The notes under the pieces were generated by a model. It was not told where the DNA came from and searched no databases. It saw only the letters and a list, made by a program, of their open reading frames with translations. The position numbers were made by a program, and so were the translations under genes. This document shows, one piece after another, positions 14,555 to 27,424 of a stretch of DNA of 64,000 nucleotides; the stretch's first letter is position 1, and each line of letters begins with the position of its first letter. This stretch comes from Octopus vulgaris (Eukaryota): NCBI GenBank assembly GCA_951406725.2, contig OX597818.1:25792001-25856000 (forward strand), read 5' to 3'.

Positions 14555-14555
14555 T
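13620..14555 (+). mobile_element. Dong/R4-clade non-LTR retrotransposon, 3' part (zinc knuckle, RLE, (TAA)n tail)
   Basis: MYGQF..., EALIHAAQEQVLRSNY, KCRMCG..E...HI, IHWELC, KLDIV...IIDIAC (PD-D/ExK), then (TAA)n at 14480-14553. Confidence 0.9.
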
Positions 14556-14559
14556 ATTA

Positions 14560-16580
14560 TTTTTTTTATTTTTCAAACTAACACAGAGTGAACAATTCAT
14601 AAGTTTAAAAACACCACAAAAACTATGCCTGGAGATAAATCTATTGACATAAAAATACAAATACAGATCTGCTAACCTTAAGAAGCTACGTTACGATCAA
14701 TGTTTACACGCAGAGAACTTGGAGATGGCGTTGTGTCAAAAATTTAGCCCTGAACAGACAGATCCATCCCCTAATGTCAGCGTCGAAGCTCGTCATGCCT
14801 CAATGATAACAAAGTAAAATACAAACCGGATTGGTCGTCTACTGGATCACAAAGGGCCACATACTCAAATGATGAACAAGATTTGATATGAAAAATCAGC
14901 TACTGGTTCAAATCTTCCCGAAACACAGGAGCTGGAAGTACCCAACAACCAGAATATTCCAACAGATGGCCATCCATGCCTGTCATCAAATAACCAAAAT
15001 AAAAAGAATGAAAAATGGTATAGGGGAGATAATGAAGAAGTTCTTATGGCCTTCTACAATGCCATATATTTCCCCACAAATAAATCTAATACTGTATAAA
15101 CCTGCTTAAACTGGAGACAGAAACACCTTGAAGTAAGACCCTACATAGACAGTAACGAACTTGCCAATGTCAGAAGAAACATTATGAAAAAGAAATTACT
15201 AACTAAAGTAGAGATTGACCAAATAAAACAAGCATTAAGGGATAAAAGGAATGAAGCTGCAGCTAAAGAAGATACTACAGAGGAAATAATTATAGACCAG
15301 CCCAAGACTGATGAAAATGCAGTAATGACTGAAAGAGTTAATGTAACTGATAGGCAAAGTGAAATACTCTCTGAACCAACTATAAACACTAAGGCAGATG
15401 AAAATCAAATCGATGAAGAAAGTCACACAGAAATTGATCCAACAGAACTACATGAGCTAAAAAATCAAATCATGATTGAATGGTTGAAAATTAAAGAAAC
15501 CAGTATGAATGAATGTGACACTCTCCCAAAAATTTGCAATTCTAATCAAAACCTGAAAATAATTGGTAACATCTGCCTTGCACTTAAGGATATAATTTCA
15601 GCTAATGATGTTGATATTACAGATCTCAACCACCTGTACTATGCATCTGTGAAAATCTCAACAATTCTATGTAGTGAAAAGATTAAAAAATGACAACATT
15701 CCCACAAAAAGCCTTTTTGGCAAGAGCTTATTCAACACCAAATTCAGCTACTTAGGTCTGACATAGAATGTTTAAAATACCTTAAGTATGACAAGACTAT
15801 CAAACCTACAAAAACCCAAAAATTAAAGAAAAAATATATGAAAACCATATTTGGCATTGATAGCACCATAGAAACCATCAAGCAAAAGGTATGTGCTATA
15901 GCTACCTGCATAGCAAGGTATGAAAAGTGCGTTAGATTCTTCAAGGACAACAAAATCTTCAAAAACAACCGCCAAAATTTTTACAGGAAGTTAGGGAAAA
16001 TACCAGTTACAGTAAAGTCTGTCCCATTAAAAGAAGTGCAGGAATTATGGAATAAAATTTGGGCAGAAGAAAAAACACACACTGAAAATGCCCCTTGGAT
16101 TGATAGAATATCTACAGACTTAGACTCCTTAGAAGAGCAAAAGTGAGAGGGTATCAAGGTAGTGGATGTAAGATCTGCTCTCAGGAAGTCAAGCAAATGG
16201 AAGTCTCAAGGAAAGAATAAAATTCCTAACTTCTGGTTGAATGCCTTCCCAGAGAACCATGAACTGCTAACAAAACTTTACAACAATGTTTTGCAACAAC
16301 CTAGTATGATTCCCTCTTGGCTAGTTAATGGTGTAACATTCCTACTTCCAAAAAATGAAGAAACAAATGAACCAAAAAATTATCGATCTATAACCTGTTG
16401 AATAACACTAACATCTGCCTTGACTGAAAATACCTATAGTTTTTTAATAGAAAGTGGCATATTCCCCAATGAGCAAAAAGGATGTAAACATGGGTCCTAT
16501 GGTTGTAAAGATCAGCTACTCATCAATAAGATGATCTTGGAAGATTGTCACAAATGATACAAAAACTTGTCAATAACTTG
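14560..16580 (+). mobile_element. Dong/R4 element A, 5' half (N-terminal region to RT domain 3)
   Basis: Fragments KRMK..EDNEEVLMAFYNA; IARYEKC..FKNNRQNFYRKL; WKSQGKNKIPNFWL; TFLLPK..PKNYRSITC; EQKGCK..GCKDQLLINKMILED. Confidence 0.9.
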
Positions 16581-18275
16581 TCATCTTAAATTATTGACTG
16601 GAATACTTGCAAAGTCAATGTACAAATATCTAGAATAACAAATGGAGCCCTACCACATGAGCAGAAGGGTTGCAAGTGTAAGTGCAGAGGTACCAAGGAT
16701 CAACTCCTAATAGATAAAACTGTACTCAGAGACTGCAAGAGGAAGAAAAGTAACTTAGCCATGTCATGGATCGACTATCGTAAGGCATATGATATGATCC
16801 CACATTCTTGGATTTTGGAGTGTATGAACCTGTTGAATGTTGAGCGAATGCTTGGAAAAAGTATGGCAAATTGGAGGATGGACCTGACAGCATACAGAAG
16901 AAGTTTAGAGACAGTAGAAATTAGGAGGGGCATCTTCCAAGGGGACTGCCTGTCCCCACTGATCTTTGTACTGTGCTTGATACCACTGACACTGATTCTG
17001 AGGAAAGCAAAAGCTGGGTATGTATTCAAAGGCCGCTAACAAAATGTCAACCATTTATTATTCATGGTGGCCTCAAACTTTATAGTAAAGATGAAGCCCA
17101 AGTCAGTTCCCTCGTTGATATGGTGTATACCTTCATTGCTGATATCAGAATGGAGTTCAGACTGAGAAAGTGTGGTGTGTTAATAGTGAAGAGGGGCAGA
17201 ATAAGATCGAAGCTATCAACACCCGGGTGGTTTCACTCCTTAGATATGGAGCAGGGGTAATTGCATGGACAGTAGATGAACTAAACAGCTTAGACAGAAA
17301 GACAAGGAAGTTGCTAACTAGATAAGGGTCACTCTACCCAAAAAGTGACACAGACTGTATGTACCAAGAAAAAAAGGGGGAAGAGGACTTATTGGATACG
17401 AACACAGCATTAGAGCAGAAGAAAACAACATAGCATGGTATGTAAAAAATGCCACAGAACTGCTATTATTAGAAGTAAGAAGGTCAGGCTTGTGTAGCAC
17501 TATACAAGAAATTGAAAACGAATGAAACTGAAAATAGGTGGGTAAAGAAAAGAATGCATGATCAATTTCATAGGGATGTTGAAGATAAGACAGACAGATA
17601 AAAAAAGATGGCTGTGCATGACTAAAAGACTGGAGACAGAGACTCTAATCAGTGCATGACTAAAAGAGACTGGAGACGGAGCTCTAATCAGTGCTGCCCA
17701 AGAGCAAGCGCTAAGAACAAACTACATAAAATACAGAATAGACAACACATCAGAAGGTGATAAGTGCAGAGTCTGTGGACAAAACGGTGAAACCGTATGG
17801 CATATTACCAGTCAATGTACGTCACTAGCCCAGAAGGAATATAAGAGATGCCACGACAATATAGCCAGGCTTGTCCATTGGACACTTTGCAACAAGTATG
17901 GACTTCACAGAGCAAAAAATTGGTATGACCACAAACCTGAAGGCATTGTCGAAAATAGGTATGTGATAAGGAAGAAAGAGAAGTTGAGAGATATGACAGG
18001 TTAGCTTGGAAACTTAAGCAGTTGTGGTCGATGAAAAAGGTAGCAGTAGTACCAATAATTGTCGGAGCCCTGGGAACAATGAGCAAAAATCTTGAGAAGT
18101 ATGTGGAACAAATAGGGGCTGCAATAAGGGTGGAGCACTTGCAGAAAACAGCACTGCTTGGAACTGCTCAAATACTCTGGAAGGTGCTCAAAAAATAAGA
18201 GGTGTTACCTTAGTTCACTGGTAGCGAACAGCTGACACTATAGTACATCTCCAGCATTAGAAGCTGTGCAAAGGC

Positions 18276-18337
<62 letters not shown>
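16580..18337 (+). mobile_element. Dong/R4 element B, 5'-truncated (RT, RLE, (TAA)n)
   Basis: ORF 16761..17039 [15 protein letters not shown]...[15 protein letters not shown]; AAQEQALRTNY, CRVCG, PIIVGALG, QKTALLGTA; (TAA)n at 18277-18337. Confidence 0.9.
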
Positions 18338-18339
<2 letters not shown>

Positions 18340-20055
18340 TCACCTCTATCTGATATGCTAAATAGAACTGGATGCGGATATAAATGTTACGGCAAAACTA
18401 TCAGCCACCTTTTATATATGGATGACCTAAAACTATACGCTGTAAATGACAAACAGCTGGAAACACTATTAAAGACAGTTCATGGATTTACCAAAGAAAT
18501 AGATATGAAATTTGGATTAGAAAAATGCGCCAAAGTAACCATGAAAAGAGTTAAGAGTTAAAAGTAACAACATCACACTAGATAAAACCAATGAAATAAA
18601 AGAATTAGACCAAAGCCAAACTTACAAATACTTAGGAATCCATGAACTAGATAAGACACAACACACACAAATGAAAGAGAAAATAAAAAAAGAATATTAT
18701 AGACGAGTTAGATCAATACTAAAAACAGAGCTCAATGCTAAAAACAAGATAATAGGTATCAACACTTTAGCTGTCCCAGTTATAAGTTACAGCTACAATA
18801 TCCTTAACTGGACACGAAATGAACTGTCCAAAATAGATAGGAAAACAAGAAAAATACTGACAGGATCTAGGATGCATCACCCAAAATCTGACTATATATA
18901 CAACGTATAGAAGGTGGTAGAGGCCTTATACAGCTGGAAAACTACTATAAAATAACCACCATAGGACTGCAAAAATACCTACTTCAGAAGGAAGGAAAAC
19001 TGATCCAGATAGCAGCAAAACACGAGCAAAACAAAAAACTGTTCTCAGTATTTAAGGAAGCTGACAAATACAAACAAGAAATCATACCACCTAATAAACA
19101 CAAAGAAGAAGAAGATGATGAAGAAACAACAAAAGCTATAAAACAAATGAAATCCAAACTAAAAATAGAACAGCAACGAGCCATGATAAAACGATGGCAA
19201 GAAAAACCCCTTCATGGTAAATACTGGACTAAACTAAACGCAAAAGAAATAGACAAAGAAAAATCCCAGCAATGGTTGAGAAGCTCAGGACTCAAAGCAG
19301 AAACAGAGGGATTTTTAATTGCAGCACAAGACCAAAGCTTCCCCACCAGAAATTACCAAAAACATGTAATGAAAAGAAATATTACAAGTAACTGCAGAAT
19401 ATGTGGAGATGGACAAGAAACAATAAATCATATTATCTCTAGCTGCCCAGTCCTGGCTAAGAAGGAATATATTCACGGACATGACAGAGTTGGAACCTAC
19501 ATACATTGGAAGCTATGCCAACATTATGGAATAACAACAGAAAAAAGATGGTATAGGCACACACCAGAAAAGGTCACAGAAAACGAGAAAGCAACCATAC
19601 TCTGGGATATGCTGATACACACAGATAGAGAAATTAAGGCCAACAGACCAGATATAGTTGTCAGAGATCATGAAGAAAAAAATGCTTTCTAATTGATGTA
19701 TCAATACCGGCAGATGACAACGTGTCTCTAAAAGAAATGGAGAAACTCTCAAAATACAAAGACCTGGAAATAGAGGTAACTAGAATGTGGAACCTGAAAA
19801 CAGAAACAATTCCTATCATAGTAGGTGCATTAGGCATGATAAAAAAATATTCAGACAAATACATAACAAAAACACCAGGACTTACAAACACATATAACAT
19901 ACAGAAAATTGCACTACTAGGCACTGCACACATCCTACGCAGAACACTTTCCATACAATAACCATCAGAGCATCACAACAAATCACAGCACATACCCAAG
20001 GCACACAGAGCTGCGCTCGGTAGTGAAGTGAAAGCACGCTATAAAAATAAAACTA

Positions 20056-20150
<95 letters not shown>
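18338..20150 (+). mobile_element. Dong/R4 element C, 3' half (RT domain 5 to RLE, (TAA)n)
   Basis: SHLLYMDDLKLY, KFGLEKC, LHGKY, AAQDQ, CRICG..ETINHIISSC, RPDIVV, PIIVGALG, QKIALLGTAHILR; (TAA)n at 20059-20150. Confidence 0.92.
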
Positions 20151-20152
<2 letters not shown>

Positions 20153-20640
20153 TGTTTTGTCTTGGTATAAAAGATGGGCTACAGCAAATATTCTGCTCAA
20201 TACCACAGATTTGCTTGTCAGTTGTTTGACCTTAACCAGTTGAGCATGTCCCTTAGTGGCTGACGATATGTGCATCTCTGATCACGAGCAGAAGTAGTGG
20301 GGGAGCATCATAGCCATGTGTTGAGAGGGATTCTTTGGGGTTTGAATAATTCACCTCTGGAAACATGGGTGGTTCTTTCAACATCCTTAAACAATCCTTA
20401 TTCAGGGACCTTTTGAGCGGGATGGGCTACTCAACCTGAAGAAAATTCTAACTGGGCCCCACCTGCAAGGTCATGTGCTGTTTATCTTGATATGAGATCA
20501 CCATGTCGCGCACATATGGTTGTGATGCATGTGCCTGGTGTACCTTTATCAGACGGGTAGTCATGATAGATATATTGGGCTTCATATATTTTACCCCAGT
20601 GTCACTTTGATGGCATGCACTGCTCTCTCACTCAATAATA
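20151..20640. repeat. Non-coding interspersed repeat bounded by (TAA)n, copy 1
   Basis: Clearly homologous to 21165-21757; no coding signature. Confidence 0.8.
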
Positions 20641-20689
20641 ATAAAAATATCAATAATAACAAATAATAATAATAATAGTTCTTTACATA

Positions 20690-21160
20690 CTGGTAGCATG
20701 TAAAGGACACGTTTCGAGTGCTGAGCCTCACAGAGGCAAAGTGGTTGAATTCCTTAAGAGTATTGGGCCACACAGAGGCAGAATGACTGAGTTCCTTTCA
20801 AGTGTTGGGCCTCATGGAAGCAATGATCAAGACCTTTGGCATTATGTCATGCTTGAGAAGATCCATCAAGCCAAGTAAAATCACAGTTATGGCAGATACC
20901 AGCTTCATGCAAATTGGCACCCATGTCAGTGGCACGCAAATGGCACTTGTGCTGGTGGCACATAAAAGCACCCATTACACTCTTGGAGTGGTTGGTGTTA
21001 GGAAGAGCATCCAGCCATAGAAAACCATGCCAAATCAGATTGGAGTTTAGTGCAGCCTTCCAGTGTGCCAGTCCAGTCAAACTGTCCAACCCATGCCAGC
21101 ATGGACAAAGAACTTTAAATGAATAATAATAATAATGATGATGATGATGATGATAATAAT
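20690..21160 (+). mobile_element. RTE LINE 3' UTR fragment
   Basis: gtggttggtgttaggaagagcatccagc...ccaacccatgccagcatgg, followed by a TAA/GAT tail. Confidence 0.75.
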
Positions 21161-21164
21161 AATG

Positions 21165-21757
21165 ACCCCCAATGCAGTACCAGGCTGTGGCTCTCATGGC
21201 TTCTCATCTTAACTGATTGGAAGTGTTATCATGCACATTGCTTTGTCTTGATCAGTTTCATAGGGATGTTGAAGATAAGACAGACAGATGGGCTACAGCA
21301 AATATTCTGCTCAATACCACAGATTTGCTTGTCAGTTGTTTGACCGTAACCAGTTGAGCATGTCACTTAGTGGCTGATGATATATGCATCTCTGATCACA
21401 AGCAGAAGTAGTGGGGGAGCATCATAGCCATGTGTTGAGAGAGATTCTTTGGGGTTTGTATAATTCACCTTTGGAAGCATGGATGGTTCTTTCAACACCC
21501 TTAAACAACCCTTATTCAGGGACCTTTTGAGCAGGATGGGCTATTCGACCTGAAGAAAATTCTAACGGGGCCCCCACCAACAATGCGTTTACCTTGACAT
21601 GAGATCACCATGTCGCGCACATATGGTTGTGATGCATGTGCCTGGTGTACACTTATCAGACTGGTAGTCATGGTGGGTATACTGAGCTTCCTATATTTTA
21701 CTCCAGTGTCACTCTGATGGTATGTACTGCTCTCTCACTCAAAGATAATAATAATAA
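21165..21757. repeat. Non-coding interspersed repeat bounded by (TAA)n, copy 2
   Basis: Homologous to 20151-20640 and extends further on the left. Confidence 0.8.
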
Positions 21758-21946
21758 TCCTTTCTATGAAAGGTATAAGACTAGTGGATTACATCGACCT
21801 GTTTTTTACTAGTACTTAATTTATCGACCCCAAAAGGATGAAAGGAAAAGTCCACCATGGTGGAATTTGAACTCAGAACATAAAGACAGATGACATACTG
21901 CTGAGCATTTTGCCTGGTGTGTTAACGATTCTGCTGGCTTGCCACT
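21758..21946 (-). mobile_element. tRNA-derived Deu/Nin-like SINE
   Basis: gtacttaatttatcgaccccaaaaggatgaaagg...ggaatttgaactcag. Confidence 0.8.
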
Positions 21947-21986
<40 letters not shown>

Positions 21987-22017
21987 TAATAATAATAATT
22001 ATAATAATAATAATAAT

Positions 22018-22226
22018 CCTTTCTACTGAAGGCACAAGGCCTTGAAATTTTGGAGGAGGAGACTAGATGATCACATCGACCCCCCAGTGTTTCACTGGTA
22101 CTTAATTTATCAACCCTGAAAGAATGAAAGGCAAAGTTGACCTTGATGGAATTGAACTCAGAGCGTAGAGGCAGACGAAATACCACTAAGCATTTCACCC
22201 AGAGTGCTAACAATTCTGCCAGTTTC
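22018..22226 (-). mobile_element. tRNA-derived Deu/Nin-like SINE
   Basis: Second tandem copy of the same family, separated from the first by (TAA)n. Confidence 0.8.
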
Positions 22227-22781
22227 CTGCGTTTTGTAAAGATTGATGCACTCTTCACAAAAATAAATAGACAATAAGAAGTAAGCAATGCAATTTATAA
22301 TAGATTGTTTTTATTTAACAGCTTGAGCAATATTTCAAATGGGCACAGGTATGGCATCAGACATAATAGCAGTAGTGCAACAGAATTTACTGAACATTTT
22401 ACATGAAATGGCTCTAATTTTGAGGAACACCTGAAAGTGTACCACTCCCAGAAAATATTCTGAATCTATTACACTTTCACTCTTCAAAATGTATAAGAAC
22501 AAATATATTTGTGAATTACTAACATCGTGACCTGAAAGGAAGAATAAAATGACAGGTGAATTTCGTCACATTTACACAAAACTGTTTGACTAAATATTCT
22601 TTTTCCTTTTATCTTTTTTTCTTTCTTTTTCCTTTTATCAGTTACAAAATTAAAAAATCAATGAGTCATTCTATCAAAATAGGAACATTTGATTTCCTTG
22701 TTTATATTTTGAATTTCTGTATTTCTGTGGTTGTTTTCATTTTACATTTTGAATTTGAAGAAGACAAATGATACAATAATA

Positions 22782-23052
<271 letters not shown>

Positions 23053-23300
23053 CAGAAATTAGAATTAACATGAGGACAGAACATGCCTCCAAAACTGTTC
23101 TACTGGGGACAGCTAGGATTTTGAGATTGGTACTTGGGTGTTGAGTATCTCCTACAATACTTACCATCCAAGTCTCTTATCATTTGCGGAAAGAGGACCT
23201 GTGAAACCTCTGACAACAGGCTGCTGTCTGCTCTCACAGAACTAACCTGAGCAAGTAAGTCTGAGAGCTCTGAGAAGTAAAATGTAATAATAGTAATAAT
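23053..23300 (+). mobile_element. Dong/R4 extreme 3' fragment
   Basis: TEHASKTVLLGTARILRLVL* matches the R4 C-terminal QK..LLGTARILR motif; TAA-rich tail follows. Confidence 0.75.
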
Positions 23301-24127
23301 AATGATGAAGAGCATGTTAAATAATGCAATCTCAAATAGACTGCCAGAATAACAGATGGAATGGTTACTGCTGAAATATTTTTCATCATAGATCTGTTCA
23401 ATTAGGGCTGACCTAGAGCTAAGTATCAACAATAACAACATACAAGATTGAATTTCATATTGCAAAATCTTAGTATTTACTTACTTCTTTGTTGTATTGA
23501 TTGTATAATTTTATATTTTAAAAGTTGTGTGGCATTATACACAACTTGTACATATTACTCTATGACATTGATTGAAGTGAAATGTTATGGACTGTGTAAG
23601 AAACTAGTCAACACTATTTATTTATTCATTTATTTTCTTTACAGCCAAAGAGACACATCTAAAATTGGAATAGGCAACAAATTGATGCAGTTCTGATAGT
23701 TCAGTCTGTAACTTTCGAAAATCAAATAAAACATAAAAGAGAAACAAAACAGTATAATTGCTTACATGGAAAGGAAAAGTTCTTCCAATTTTACCATTAG
23801 AAGAAAATGCAATAAAATTGGTTGCAGTAGACTAAAATTTCTAGAGCTAATTTTTGTTTAGAATATCTCGTCCCCATTCCTCTCTATTACTCTTTATTAT
23901 TCTCTCTCCCCTCTCTCTCTTTCCCTCAGTCAGTTACTCTCCCTTTCCTTATCAATTACACTGAGAGAGAGAGAGAGAGAGTGAGAGTAGGGTTATATAT
24001 ATCCATACAAACATATAAACACTTTTCTTTCCTTTCTCTATCCTTTGCACTTTGTCTCTTCCTCCTCATGTATATATATTAAAGTTGTTTGTAATGGAGT
24101 CTATACATATCTGCATATGTACACACA

Positions 24128-24192
<65 letters not shown>

Positions 24193-24664
24193 ACACACAA
24201 AGAGGAAAGGAAACTATATGGTAGAGTGTATACTGGGCTACATACATAGACATAGCAAGAGACGAGGGACAGATGGAGGGTGAGACGGAGAGTGAGAGAA
24301 AGGGAGAGAGGAGAAAGATAGAAAAAGCATTAGGGAAGAGAGAGTTGATACAATGAATATAACATAATATACACACATACATACATAATGTGTGTGTGCG
24401 TGGACATGTATTTATAATGAATATGTGTAAGGATACACAGATGCAGAAGCTTGCAGAAGTACACATAAAGGAATTCAATTCAAACACATGTAAACACATA
24501 AATGTACACATGCAATATATTATAGATATGGAATGTAAACAATTCGGAATAGACTGAAACAGAAACAGACATTCAATAGTTAAATTGCTTTTGATTTAAT
24601 TTACTTACTTATACTTCTCTGTCAGTCTGTCTTTCCTTGTCTCTCTCTCCATATATATATATAC

Positions 24665-24720
<56 letters not shown>

Positions 24721-24721
<1 letters not shown>

Positions 24722-25090
24722 AATTAATTGTTATCGCCATATTAATATGGCATTCTTATAGATATAAGAATAATCGCTGCCGCTGGTCAGCTCCATGAGG
24801 CCACCGCCATCAAGATAGCTATTGATACACGATCTGTATCCATTATAACCTTCGAACAAGGGAGGTCAGCCGCTTCACACTGCCAGTCCGACAGCTACAG
24901 ACGCATTTCGGGGTATTGCCCCTTGTCAATGTAGCGCAGTCAGACCCGCAGGTGTCGCCACTGACATCTCTGACCAGCGGCAGCGATTATTCTTATATCT
25001 ATAAGAATGCCATATTAATATGGCGATAACAATTAATTTCCAGTAAACGCTGCCGTAATCTCTTTTATAGAGACTTAGTAATTTTAATAT
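24721..25090 (-). mobile_element. Penelope-like pseudo-LTR unit with a perfect 70-bp inverted repeat, between (TA)n tracts
   Basis: 24721-24790 is the exact reverse complement of 24970-25039; an HHR motif lies in the spacer. Confidence 0.7.
24894..24935 (-). ncRNA. Minimal type I hammerhead ribozyme motif (U3:A8 core variant)
   Basis: Minus strand: gctaca-TTGACAA-gggg caata cccc-GAAA-tgcg-TC-tgtagc; 6-bp helix I and 4-bp helix II are perfectly paired. Confidence 0.75.
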
Positions 25091-25128
25091 TTCTATTATG
25101 TATATATATATGTATATATATGTATATA

Positions 25129-25204
<76 letters not shown>

Positions 25205-25526
25205 TAATATAATATAAATAATATATAAACATATGCATACATATATGTACATACCTATAAATATATGTATATATACATGCATATATGGGTACAGGACATC
25301 AAAAAAACGTTGAACTCAATGAGGAACAAAAACATAAAAACAAACATAGAAACGAACTTTTTTTCGAACAATGAAAAAAAAACAAACAGAGAAACGAGAC
25401 ATACAACATAAAGAACATTCCCCTTCTTCAGTTGTCCCTGTTTCAACTACTCCACGTTTTGAAGGCAAGGACAAGACGCAACTTTGTTGAAACAGTCCTT
25501 CATGCAAAGCAAATTAAATAAAATTT

Positions 25527-25795
25527 GTCCTTCTAATTGTTGTTTGTTCTTTGCCTTTGTATCATCTATCTATCCAGATGTTTTATTGTCCTCTATTGCG
25601 TTTTGTTCCATTATATATATTTAAAACTCGCTAAGAAGGTTTTGAAACCACCGGAAGAATGTCTAAGATGTGCTGACACGAAACGATCGTAGTGGTTATT
25701 CATATGTTAAATTTTAATTTATATAAATTATTTTATGTATTGGCTTAAGTCTTTCTTTGTTTGATTTGCATAATAGTGGTTTTGTCTCTAATTTG

Positions 25796-25859
<64 letters not shown>

Positions 25860-25950
25860 CATGGAACAAAATGCAATAGAGGACAATAAAACATCCGGAT
25901 AGAATAGATGATACAAAGGCGAAGAACAAACAACAATTAGAAGGACAGGG
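25527..25950 (+). mobile_element. Penelope-like pseudo-LTR with inverted partial copy
   Basis: 25527-25611 is an imperfect reverse complement of 25861-25947, with an HHR motif between them. Confidence 0.65.
25646..25697 (+). ncRNA. Minimal type I hammerhead ribozyme motif (U4G core lesion)
   Basis: aaccac-CGGAAGA-atgtc...gacac-GAAA-cgatcg-TA-gtggtt; perfect helix I and palindromic helix III. Confidence 0.7.
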
Positions 25951-26163
25951 AAAAAAGAACAGGTCATTCATTCATGGCCTTCTTTCACCAGTCATATATA
26001 GACGGAGAGAGAGAGAGAGAGTGATACATACATACATAATACATACATGCATACATATATATGATTATATATATATAATATATGTATGCATATATATATA
26101 TATATATGCACACACACATATGTGTGTGTGTGTGTATTTATGTAAGTATGTATGTATCTATCT

Positions 26164-26231
<68 letters not shown>

Positions 26232-26678
26232 TAATATTGCAATACAGATGTAACATTTTTCATTGAAAACTTTTCACTGTTCTTGTTTCAGTTAATGGCT
26301 AGGCATTCAGGCAAGTATTCTGGCACTGATGTAGTAATATTTGAAATATTGTCCAGGTAAATCTAGCCAAAGAAGACTAATCAAATTTACAATAATAAAC
26401 ATATTTGAAGAGTCTGAAACCTATGTACTAGATTATCTGATCCTGGGTTGTCTATTTATCTATGTTCTTCCTAGTGGTAAGACAAAATTTTTTATGTTCA
26501 CTGCTTGCACACGTCTTTGCTAGTATATATACAGTGAAGCTTTACAATAGTGTCATAAATTTATCGACTGCTATTTCCAGTAAACATTGGTGCCTTGTTG
26601 TACTACTATTCTATATTTATATATCTATATTTATTTCTGTTTTAGATTTAACATCATCATCAAAGCACCATGTTTTAA

Positions 26679-26901
26679 CCTTTTAGCATTTAAGCCAGCC
26701 ATGTCCAGCCCAAATATTTCACCTATTTATGTTCATAACTGCCTGATCTAGCCCCTCACATCTACCTTATATTGTCATTCTAAAAATAAACAGTCACATC
26801 ATTGAAATCTTGAAGCTATGAGATAATACATGATTAGTTCAAAACAATGTTTTCTTTTAAATAAGCATTAGATTAGATAGAGTTATCTGAATGCTAAAAG
26901 G
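26679..26901. mobile_element. piggyBac-type MITE with TTAA target-site duplication
   Basis: TIRs ccttttagcatt (26679-26690) and aatgctaaaagg (26890-26901); TTAA at 26675-26678 and 26902-26905. Confidence 0.8.
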
Positions 26902-27424
26902 TTAAGCATTGTCTGATGGGTGGCAACCAATTGTTGGCCCCAGAATGTTAGGGACTCTGTGAAATTTGCTTTTATGAATGTAGTTGGAAAAATGGACTGG
27001 GACACCTGGCCCTAGCATGCAGCCTCTTCAGTGATCACATCAAGGCCATTACAGCTGCTATAGTCAGTTTTGTTGACAGGCTTATTTCTTTAGAGTATCT
27101 GGTTAAACACACGTTTCATTGTTATGAAAAGGCAAATATCAAACACAGTATAACTAAATGTATTTAAGTATACAAGAATGTAAATAAATTGTTATAAAAC
27201 ATGACTGATGCCAATGTCAGAAGCATTCACTAGCAGAGAAAGAAGGTGCAACTGGTGTCATATGAATTCACAAGGTGACCTGGATAATTTCTCTTTAATC
27301 TTGCTAAATCGTTGTAATTCCTCGGATGTTAAAATAATGTTCCCATTTTTCCTGATTACATTACAATTAAGTTAAAAGATAAGTAGTTTCAGCACATTAT
27401 AGAATAAAATATCAGTGGAAATTC

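Noticed and set aside
21170-21230. Faint resemblance of the minus strand to U2 snRNA segments (atcagttaagat; cctggtactgca)
   Set aside because: Two short, non-contiguous matches with wrong spacing and no Sm site; not supportable without an Rfam search.
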